Below, piece after piece: positions 54,960-64,000 of a stretch of DNA of 64,000 nucleotides. The DNA comes from Actinomycetota bacterium (lineage in GTDB: Bacteria; Actinomycetota; Coriobacteriia; Anaerosomatales; UBA912), in contig JAMDCK010000059.1 of assembly GCA_023488435.1 (NCBI GenBank), positions 9,910-73,909 on the forward strand. Reading direction: 5' to 3'. The position numbers were made by a program, and so were the translations under genes. A model generated the notes under the pieces. The model did not search any database, was not told the origin of the DNA, and worked only from the letters and a program-made list of their open reading frames with translations. Each line of letters starts with the position of its first letter. The first letter of the stretch is position 1.

Positions 54960-55621
54960 GCGAATGGGTTGCGGTTTTCAGGCGCGGCCTCAGTTTGGAT
55001 AACCCCTTGGTCGTGTTGATGATCGGGCTATGTCCGACACTCGCAGTATCCACCAAACTTGACGGCACCTTCTTCTTGGCACTCAGCGTTATGTTCGTAC
55101 TTACTACTTCAAGTGTCCTGATTTCATTGATGCGAAGCGCCATTCCTGAATTGGTCCGAATCCCAGTCTTCATAGTGGTAATCGCCTCGTTCGTAACGAT
55201 AGTCGATCTGACCCTTCAGGCGTACCTTCCGGATATCTATCGGTTTCTCGGTGTTTGGATTCCCTTGATAGTAGTCAACTGTCTCATTCTTGGACGAGCA
55301 GAGGCCTTTGCGTACCATAATCCTCCAAAGCTCGCGCTGGCAGATGGTCTAGGGATGGGGCTGGGGTTCGCAGCGGCCATTCTCCTGCTTGCTGGGATAC
55401 GTGAGCTGGTGGGGAGCGGACAAATCGTTTTCATGGAGGCGACGTTGATCGAGCTTCCCGAGTGGTATCGTGCTCCAGGTGTGGTGATGTTGTTTCCGGG
55501 AGCGTTCATCGTTTTTGGGTTCATCATAGCCGGTATATCAGCCATCAATCGTAAGCTAAACTCGCGGACCACTCACCCTGTACCGTCGTGCACGATGTCC
55601 GAAGGCGGTGGAGCGAGATGA
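54956..55621 (+). CDS. rnfE: Rnf complex subunit E
   Basis: The RnfE/NqrD-like sequence is present (NPLVVLMIGLCPTLAVS ... IPLIVVNCLILGRAEAFA). Confidence 0.88.
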   Translation: MSEWVAVFRRGLSLDNPLVVLMIGLCPTLAVSTKLDGTFFLALSVMFVLTTSSVLISLMRSAIPELVRIPVFIVVIASFVTIVDLTLQAYLPDIYRFLGVWIPLIVVNCLILGRAEAFAYHNPPKLALADGLGMGLGFAAAILLLAGIRELVGSGQIVFMEATLIELPEWYRAPGVVMLFPGAFIVFGFIIAGISAINRKLNSRTTHPVPSCTMSEGGGAR

Positions 55622-56241
55622 CTGAGATGTTCACTCATTTCGCGTTACTCATTGTGGGCGGCGCACTGGTCAATAACATCCTTCTTACACGCTTTGTCGG
55701 TCTCTGTCCGTTTTTTGGTGTGTCTGGTTCGATGAAGGCTTCGGTTGGAATGGCCAGTGCGGTGATCTTCGTGATGATGCTCGCCTCGATCGCTACATGG
55801 ATCTTTTGGAACTGGCTTCTGGTTCCGCTGGGTGTTGGCAACTTTCTGTATATCCCAGTGTTCATCTTGGTGATTGCCTCGCTGGTTCAATTCGTTGAGC
55901 TCTATTTGAAGAAAACGATTCCTGCCCTACACAGGGCCCTGGGAATCTACCTTCCCCTCATAACCACTAACTGTGCTGTGCTTGCGACAGCCACAGAATC
56001 GGTGAGGCCCGGATTCTTCAAGATGAATATTGACTACACTTTCACCTTTCCCGAAACAGTGGTTTATACGTTTGGGGTAGCATTGGGTTTCGGGTTCGCT
56101 CTCATTTCCTTCGCCGCCCTACGTGAGCGGCTAGATGTTGCGCCAGTCCCGCTTTTCATGAAGGGGGCACCAATATCGTTCATTACCGCCGGCCTCCTAT
56201 CCTTCGGGTATGTGGGCTTGGCAGGACTTTTCGGCTTGTGA
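55618..56241 (+). CDS. rnfA: Rnf complex subunit A
   Basis: ATG 55618 overlaps the rnfE stop as ATGA. The RnfA/NqrE-like sequence is present (NNILLTRFVGLCPFFGVS ... LPLITTNCAVL). Confidence 0.88.
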   Translation: MTEMFTHFALLIVGGALVNNILLTRFVGLCPFFGVSGSMKASVGMASAVIFVMMLASIATWIFWNWLLVPLGVGNFLYIPVFILVIASLVQFVELYLKKTIPALHRALGIYLPLITTNCAVLATATESVRPGFFKMNIDYTFTFPETVVYTFGVALGFGFALISFAALRERLDVAPVPLFMKGAPISFITAGLLSFGYVGLAGLFGL

Positions 56242-57152
56242 TTGGGGCACCCGTGGACTACTCGCTCATACTGAAAGCGGCAGGCGCACTCAGTTTTGTA
56301 GGCCTACTGGCATCAGGAATGCTTGTGATTGCATCGAAGCGGTTTTCGGTAGAAGCGGATCCGCGGATTGAGAAGGTGCTTTCGGTATTGCCGGGGGCCA
56401 ACTGCGGCGCATGTGGAAATCCATCCTGTTTTCTCGCCGCCGAACAGGTTGTCGATTCAAAGGCGCCCATCACCTTGTGCACTGCTGGGGGTCAAGGGGT
56501 TGCTGACGCCCTAGCAAGCGCGCTTGGTGTCGAGAAATGTGAGGTCGCAGTGCAAGTCAGTGCACGCTCGTGTGGGGGAGGCACAAACGCGAAGCGCCGT
56601 TTTTCTTACGCTGGACTGTCTTCTTGTAACGCGGTTGTTCGTGTGGCTGGCGGAGACCTGCATTGTGTCTCGGGATGTCTTGGGCGTGGAGATTGTGTAA
56701 AGGCCTGCCCCTTCGATGCAATCGTACTCGATCATCGAGGACTTCCGGTCGTAGACCCCCAAAAGTGCACCGGTTGTGGAGTCTGCATTGCTGAGTGCCC
56801 CCGCTCGCATAGTGGTTTACTGAAGATGATGGACGCCGAAAACGCTGTAGTAATCAGATGCTGTGCTACGGACAATGTGCGGGAGAGAAAGGACCAATGC
56901 AGCAAGTGCTGCATTGGGTGTGGCAAGTGTGCGAAGGTCTGCACAACGAATGCAATCGAAGTTCGTCAGGGGTTGGCCGCTATTGACTATCGGCTGTGCA
57001 ACGGCTGCGAGGATTGCGTACAAGTGTGTCCTCGGAGGTGCATCGATCATGCGAACAGGAACTCGCCGACCGATTGGCTCATGTTCGATGGATTGGGACC
57101 GGTAGCTTCGGAAAGCTATGCGGATGGTCCCGGGAGCTCGATTCGATCATGA
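56238..57152 (+). CDS. rnfB: Rnf complex subunit B, extended polyferredoxin form (304 aa)
   Basis: It has an N-terminal TM and the RnfB-type cluster CGACGNPSC. Four ferredoxin-type motifs follow (CLGRGDCVKACP, CTGCGVCIAECP, CIGCGKCAKVC, CNGCEDCVQVCP). GTG start overlaps the rnfA stop. Confidence 0.85.
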   Translation: MIGAPVDYSLILKAAGALSFVGLLASGMLVIASKRFSVEADPRIEKVLSVLPGANCGACGNPSCFLAAEQVVDSKAPITLCTAGGQGVADALASALGVEKCEVAVQVSARSCGGGTNAKRRFSYAGLSSCNAVVRVAGGDLHCVSGCLGRGDCVKACPFDAIVLDHRGLPVVDPQKCTGCGVCIAECPRSHSGLLKMMDAENAVVIRCCATDNVRERKDQCSKCCIGCGKCAKVCTTNAIEVRQGLAAIDYRLCNGCEDCVQVCPRRCIDHANRNSPTDWLMFDGLGPVASESYADGPGSSIRS

Positions 57153-57514
57153 CGCGAGCCGATATGATGTTAATCATTTTGCTAGCTACTCTCACTGTTG
57201 TCTCAATTCCGATGACTCATGTTATGGCGGGTCAGATGTCCGGCGACGTCGTCGCACTGACATCGCCTTACGGCAATGATTCCCTTGAGCTTCCATGGGA
57301 CCCCGGTCGACGTGTCGATATCCAGGGAAGCATAGGCGCAGTTGTATTGGAGGCCACCGATGAGGGCATCAGGGTAGTGTCCTCAAGCTGTGGTGACCAA
57401 CTTTGCCTCGAAGTGGGCGTGCTGTCTGCCGCCAATCCAATCGTATGCGCCCCCAATGGTGTCGCCGCATTTCTCGTAGATTCGCAGGGTGGTTTTGATG
57501 CTGTCTCTCGGTAG
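57149..57514 (+). CDS. NusG domain II-like (DUF1312) membrane-anchored protein
   Basis: ATG 57149 overlaps the rnfB stop as ATGA. It has an N-terminal TM, then a beta-rich domain of about 95 aa with ...CGDQLCLEVG...IVCAPNGV, typical of this family. Confidence 0.5.
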   Translation: MTRADMMLIILLATLTVVSIPMTHVMAGQMSGDVVALTSPYGNDSLELPWDPGRRVDIQGSIGAVVLEATDEGIRVVSSSCGDQLCLEVGVLSAANPIVCAPNGVAAFLVDSQGGFDAVSR

Positions 57515-58085
57515 TCGACCCCACACCCTCGTAATGGCCGGTGCGCTCGTAGCGTTTGCCCTCTGTCTTGGGTTGGTTGAATCAACCGTGTTGCCATCCG
57601 CAGGAGTACCAGGATTTCGACTCGGTATCGCAAATGTGGCGATATTGTTGGCTTTTCCGTTGATCGGGCGGACCGGTGCGGGAATTGTGACTGTCGGGAA
57701 AATTCTGTTGGTCGCCATGGCCACTGGATCCGTTTTTGGCCCCGGACTTTACCTTGCTGCAGTAGGCGGTCTTGCGGCATATCTTTCGATGGCCGTCATG
57801 TGGTCACTGAATGATCGATTCTCGATAGTGGGCTGCTCCGTTGCTGGATCTGCCGCTCATGTACTGGGCCAACTGGGTGCTGTCGGACTTCTGATCGGCA
57901 ATCCCGTTGCCTTCATGTTTATGCCCTACTTGCTGGGAGCATCGTTAGCTACAGGTTTCATCACTGCTCTGATTGCTCGCTCTCTCCTAAGGCACATCCC
58001 CTCACAGGCAATGTCGGTAGATTTATCGCAAGGTAGGAGGATGTGGAGTGACGCTACGTTTGATTTGGGGAGAAGGATCGGCTGA
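57489..58085 (+). CDS. Gx-transporter family / heptaprenyl-diphosphate-synthase-component-I-like membrane protein
   Basis: It is a small polytopic membrane protein (5-6 TM) with the motif PGFRLGIANVAILLAF. It is usually found paired with the NusG-II-like gene. The start is uncertain (57489 or 57498). Confidence 0.5.
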   Translation: MVLMLSLGSRPHTLVMAGALVAFALCLGLVESTVLPSAGVPGFRLGIANVAILLAFPLIGRTGAGIVTVGKILLVAMATGSVFGPGLYLAAVGGLAAYLSMAVMWSLNDRFSIVGCSVAGSAAHVLGQLGAVGLLIGNPVAFMFMPYLLGASLATGFITALIARSLLRHIPSQAMSVDLSQGRRMWSDATFDLGRRIG

Positions 58086-58658
58086 GTCTCATCTGGTAGA
58101 GGGGTATCCAGGGGCGGTCAGCGACGCTGGACTGATTTCAGTGATGCTAGGGAGCACTGATCCCAATGTTGTCGACACATTGATTAGCGCATACCCTACA
58201 CCGGATTTACTCTGGCAGATATGTGCAGAAGACCTGACTTGCTTGCCGGGAATCGGACCTGCGAAGGCAGCAAGATTCTTGGCTTGCTTGGAAATGAGTC
58301 GCCGGACAGGGGCCTGGAGACAGGGAAACAAGCCAGTGATCTCGACCCCACGGGACGTCTTCGACTACTGCTGGCCGCTTCTTCGGGGTAGCGATCGTGA
58401 ACGATTCTGCACCTTGGCGCTGGGAACAAAGAACCATTTGCTCAAGATGCAGGAGGTTTCCGTCGGTAGTTTGAACGCATCCATCGTCCATCCAAGAGAG
58501 TTGTTCAAGTTCGCTGTGCGGGCTTCGGCTGCATCAATCGTAGTCGTACACAACCATCCAAGCGGAGACCCAACTCCCTCAGGCGCAGACATTCAACTGA
58601 CACATCGATTGACGAAGGCAGGCGATTTGCTAGGTATCGAGCTTCTTGACCATGTCAT

Positions 58659-60300
<1,642 letters not shown>

Positions 60301-60774
60301 AGGCCATAATCAACCACGTCAAGCGCACTTACAACGTGCTTATAGGGGAGAGAACAGCAGAAGAGATCAAGTTTGAGATCGGAAGCGCCTGGCCGATGCT
60401 TGAGGAGATCGATGTCGAGATTCGCGGTCGTGATCTTCTCACAGGTCTCCCAAAGAATGTCACCATGGAGTCAGAGGAGATCAGAGAGGCGCTGGAAGAA
60501 CCGGTTGTTGCGATCATAGATGCTGTCAAAGGCACTTTAGAGCGAACTCCTCCTGAGCTTGCCAGTGATCTCATGGAATACGGTATCGTCCTGACCGGCG
60601 GAGGCTCGTTACTAAAAGGCCTCGATGAGCGCCTTCGCAGCGAAACAGGTATGCCAGTTCATGTATCTGAAAACGCACTCACCAATGTTGTTGATGGATC
60701 GGCCATGGCACTTGAGGAGATAGACGCCCTCAAGAAGGTCTTGACCACCACACGTTAGGAAGCCAAGTCGGTCC

Positions 60775-61632
60775 GTGAAGATTTCCAGCACCAAGCCTAG
60801 AATCACCGACAAGGTTCTTATCGGTGGCCTTATCATCGCTTCCATGCTCATCACCTCTATCGATCATCGCGGCGGAGAAGAAAGCGCATTCGGATCGATT
60901 CGGCAAGGCGTCCAAGTTGTAGTTACTCCTATTGCGGCTGCCGGTAGCTGGATGTTCTCGCCCGTCCGGTCTGCTTCTCGATGGTTCTCTGGCCTAACCT
61001 CAAGGCCGGCGGACCTTGCGGCCCTGGAGGCACAGAACACCGCATTGCGCGCCCAGGTCGCCTTACTCGAGGAGGAGCGGAGGGAGAATCAACGTCTTAC
61101 ACGACTTTTGGAATTTGTTGCAAAAGAGGACCTGGATACGATTGGGGCCCGAATCATCGGAAGGCAGGTCAGTACTTGGGAAGCTGTGCTGACTATCGAT
61201 CGGGGTAGTGAAGATGGCCTGGAAGCAGGGATGCCTGTTCTGGCGCCCGAAGGTCTTCTCGGGCATGTATTCGAGGTCAATGACAGAAGCTCCCGGGTCC
61301 GCCTCATCACTGACCAGAAAAGTGGTGTTGCAGCGATCCTCCAGTCCACGCGGCAAGAGGGTATTGTCGCAGGGTCTACCGATGGACGACTCACAATGGA
61401 CTTTGTGAGTCTAGACACCACGGTCACTGCCGGTGAGCCCGTACTCACTTCTGGTATAGGCGGGATGTACCCGAAAGGTCTGCTGATTGGATCTGTAGGT
61501 GAGTTCGAAGTGAGGCGCGGAGACCTGTTCCAGTCGATTACAGTCGAGCCTTTGGTAGACGTTCGCGCCGTTGAGAATGTCGTCGTCTTGATGAGCCGGG
61601 GCGTTCCGATTCAAGAGGGGGCTGCCCAATGA
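60775..61632 (+). CDS. mreC: Rod-shape-determining protein MreC
   Basis: It has an N-terminal TM, a coiled coil (LEAQNTALRAQVALLEEERRENQRL) and a beta-barrel domain (GMPVLAPEGLLGHVFEV...SRVRLITD). Confidence 0.88.
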   Translation: MKISSTKPRITDKVLIGGLIIASMLITSIDHRGGEESAFGSIRQGVQVVVTPIAAAGSWMFSPVRSASRWFSGLTSRPADLAALEAQNTALRAQVALLEEERRENQRLTRLLEFVAKEDLDTIGARIIGRQVSTWEAVLTIDRGSEDGLEAGMPVLAPEGLLGHVFEVNDRSSRVRLITDQKSGVAAILQSTRQEGIVAGSTDGRLTMDFVSLDTTVTAGEPVLTSGIGGMYPKGLLIGSVGEFEVRRGDLFQSITVEPLVDVRAVENVVVLMSRGVPIQEGAAQ

Positions 61633-62144
61633 GTCAAAACGCCGGAACAGTCGGCGTGCTCGTAGTCGCTTTCCTCCTCCAGATCGCCATCGCTCCACAG
61701 CTGGGTATCTTCGGGATCGTTCCGAATATCGTTTTTGTCCTCATGGCGGCTATCGCTTTGCTTCGAGGGTCGCGACAAGGCGCCATCATCGGATTCACGT
61801 GCGGATTGATATTTGACTTTATCGGCAGCGGTCCGATTGGGGTGTCCGCGCTGTCATTCTGTGTTGCCGGTGCCATGGCTGGTGCTTTGCGGCATAATAC
61901 TTTTGCTGAAGGGTGGAAGCTGCCTGTAGTAATAGTTGCGGTCTCCAGTCTCGTCGCCGAGTTGCTCTATGCAGTCACCTTGCTCCTGCTCGGCGAGGGG
62001 ATTGCTTTCCTGCCAACTTTGACGGATGTCGTTCTGCCGACAGCGGCGTATAACGGGGCTATCGCTGTCGGCATATTTCCGATATTGGCCCACTTCTTGC
62101 GGCAGGATCGCACAGTGCAGACATTTCGCAGGATCGGAAGATGA
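61629..62144 (+). CDS. mreD: Rod-shape-determining protein MreD
   Basis: 171 aa with 5 TM. It lies immediately after mreC with an ATGA overlap. Confidence 0.75.
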   Translation: MSQNAGTVGVLVVAFLLQIAIAPQLGIFGIVPNIVFVLMAAIALLRGSRQGAIIGFTCGLIFDFIGSGPIGVSALSFCVAGAMAGALRHNTFAEGWKLPVVIVAVSSLVAELLYAVTLLLLGEGIAFLPTLTDVVLPTAAYNGAIAVGIFPILAHFLRQDRTVQTFRRIGR

Positions 62145-62228
62145 GCCGGGGGCGACACCTGGGCTTGATTGCGATGTCGTCATTGTGCGAGGCATTCGAC
62201 TACGACCGATTCTAGAGAGATCGACTTG

Positions 62229-64000
62229 ATGGCATATAGATTCAAGGATACCAGCGGACGACTGACGCTGTTCTCGGCGTTAATAGTCGCAATTGTGGTG
62301 GTACTCTCGCTTAGACTCTGGAGCTTGCAGGTTCTGTCGGGCGAGGAGTACGCGGCACGCGCTGAGAGCAATCGCATCAGAGAGATACCTATCGCTGCAC
62401 CTAGAGGCCGCATACTCGATCGTGACGGTAGGCCGCTCGTGACGAACCGCCCGTCGTTGGCGGTTGTCGGAAATCGTTCGATTCGGTCCGACGACGAGCT
62501 TTTGGCGTCCCTCTCAAGAGTGCTCGGTATCCCCGTCCAGGAGCTCAAGGATCGGGTTGAATCTGTTAGGGAAGCTCCATTGACACCCCGTGTCCTTGCA
62601 GTCGACGTAAGTCGGGAGACTGTGGCTTACCTGTCTGAGAACCAAGCCAGTTACCCCGGGGTTGACGTACAGGTGATTCCAGTCCGGGCCTATCCGGGTG
62701 GTGTACTTGCTGCACATGTGCTGGGGTATACCGGTGAGATCTCAGAAGAGCGACTCGCTGCTGCTCCTGAGGGCGAGTACGTTTTCGGAGATCTGGTTGG
62801 AAAGAGCGGCGCCGAATTCCAATTTGAGTCGGTGCTCCGTGGCGACAAGGGATACAGACGAGTAGAAGTCGATGCCTCTGGCCGGATCAGCACTGTACTC
62901 AAGGAAGTTCCGCCTGTACCGGGCCGTGATGTTGTCCTATCGCTTGATTTGGATGTCCAAAGAGCCGCCGAGGATGCGCTAGTGCGCGCGATGGAAGTGG
63001 CCAGGTCGGACGGCTACACCGCGGCTTCAGCCGCTTCTGCGGTGGTTCTCGACGTGGAGACGGGCGAGGTTGTGGCAATGGCAAGCCTGCCTTCCTACGA
63101 CCCAACCCTGTTCATTGGTGGCATATCTAAGGAGAATTGGCGCATGTTGACCGCTGAGGGTAGTGGATATCCCCTCACGAACCGAGCCTTGTCAGGGTTG
63201 TACCCACCAGCTTCGACGTTCAAGGTCATCACCGCAATGGCCGGCCTGGCTAATGAGGTAACCGATTACAGTCGACGGTACGTTTGCCAAGGAAGATGGA
63301 TTGGAATGGGTGAGCGGTGGCCCAAATTCTGTTGGGATCGCTCGGGGCATGGCGTGCGCACTCTTGCGGGAGGCATGATCGACAGCTGCAATGTGGTCTT
63401 CTACAACATCGGATATGAGTTTTACAAGCGCGATGACAACTCCCTCCAAGAGTATGCTCGCCAGTGGGGACTTGGTCAGCTCACGGGAATCAATCTTCCT
63501 GGTGAGGTTGCAGGCAGAATTCCTGACCCTGAATGGAAAGCCGAGATGAACCGGGACTTCCCAGAGTTCCAGACGTGGCTACCTGGAGAAGCGGTCGATC
63601 TCTCTATCGGACAGGGTGATGTCCTTGCCACCCCCTTGCAGATTGCATCGCTGTACGCCGGAATCGCAAATGGCGGGGTCGTGATGCGTCCAACCATACT
63701 CAGGGAAGTCCTCGATTCTCGCGGAGAGTCCGTTGTCCAAGGGGAGCAAGCAGTGGCCTTCGAGGCGAGCACATCCGACGTGCACCTGGAGAATCTATCT
63801 AGGATGCTACTGGATGTGACCGTTGAGGGAACCGCAAAAGGGGCTTTCCGAAACTTTCCCATTACTGTTGCGGGGAAGACCGGTACCGCGCAGGTTGCGA
63901 ACAAAGACAACTTCTCTTGGTTCGCTGCCTTTGCCCCCGCGGATCAACCGCGATATGCGCTTTCGATCGTGGTAGAGCAGGCCGGCGGTGGCGGTGCAAT
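62229..64000 (+). CDS. mrdA: Penicillin-binding protein 2 (elongasome transpeptidase), 3' end outside the window
   Basis: The frame is open from ATG 62229 to the window edge, so it is not in the ORF track. The sequence begins MAYRFKDTSGRLTLFSALIVAIVVVLSLRLWSLQVLSGEEYAARAESNRIREIPIAAPRGRILDRDG. It carries the active-site PASTFKV (SxxK) and a later KTGTA motif. Confidence 0.88.
   Translation, partial: MAYRFKDTSGRLTLFSALIVAIVVVLSLRLWSLQVLSGEEYAARAESNRIREIPIAAPRGRILDRDGRPLVTNRPSLAVVGNRSIRSDDELLASLSRVLGIPVQELKDRVESVREAPLTPRVLAVDVSRETVAYLSENQASYPGVDVQVIPVRAYPGGVLAAHVLGYTGEISEERLAAAPEGEYVFGDLVGKSGAEFQFESVLRGDKGYRRVEVDASGRISTVLKEVPPVPGRDVVLSLDLDVQRAAEDALVRAMEVARSDGYTAASAASAVVLDVETGEVVAMASLPSYDPTLFIGGISKENWRMLTAEGSGYPLTNRALSGLYPPASTFKVITAMAGLANEVTDYSRRYVCQGRWIGMGERWPKFCWDRSGHGVRTLAGGMIDSCNVVFYNIGYEFYKRDDNSLQEYARQWGLGQLTGINLPGEVAGRIPDPEWKAEMNRDFPEFQTWLPGEAVDLSIGQGDVLATPLQIASLYAGIANGGVVMRPTILREVLDSRGESVVQGEQAVAFEASTSDVHLENLSRMLLDVTVEGTAKGAFRNFPITVAGKTGTAQVANKDNFSWFAAFAPADQPRYALSIVVEQAGGGGA

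Overview
This is a 64-kb, gene-dense chromosomal segment that looks mostly like core genome from an anaerobic bacterium. The gene content is an Rnf complex, a membrane-bound uptake hydrogenase, an Mrp-type antiporter, AMP-forming acetyl-CoA synthetase, an LmbE-type deacetylase, PlsY and RadC-MreBCD-PBP2. That content is compatible with an anaerobic Actinomycetota/Coriobacteriia-like or other Gram-positive lineage, but lineage cannot be established without a database search. GC content was not computed. I can support about 65 protein-coding genes, 4 tRNAs (Cys-GCA, Gly-GCC, Val-GAC, Arg-CCG; all encode CCA), several promoter and terminator candidates, and two repeat structures. I saw no rRNA, CRISPR array, transposase, integrase or phage genes. 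Main findings: (1) The [NiFe]-hydrogenase large subunit ORF stops at an in-frame TGA exactly where the first Cys of the DPCxxCxxH nickel-binding motif should be, and reading through restores the motif. This is very likely a selenocysteine-containing [NiFeSe] hydrogenase that the ORF track truncates. (2) A perfect, spacerless 821-bp tandem duplication (58659..59479 and 59480..60300) covers the radC 3' end and the mreB 5' half, giving a chimeric truncated mreB upstream of an intact mreB. (3) A translationally coupled OsmC / GT2 / LmbE-PIG-L deacetylase / BshC-like / ferredoxin operon has the three-step logic of bacillithiol or mycothiol synthesis, but with a GT2 enzyme in place of the usual GT4. 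This is my best candidate for an undescribed low-molecular-weight-thiol or glycoconjugate pathway. (4) A heme-sensor (DUF3365-like, CXXCH) GGDEF cyclase is split by a 1-nt frameshift. (5) A 31-aa micro-ORF that is 42% lysine and predicted to be amphipathic is translationally coupled to an atypically organised Mrp cluster. (6) Several unusual domain fusions are present (REC-PilT, STAS-RsbW). All functional calls rest on motif recognition by eye. No HMM, BLAST or RNA-folding computation was run.
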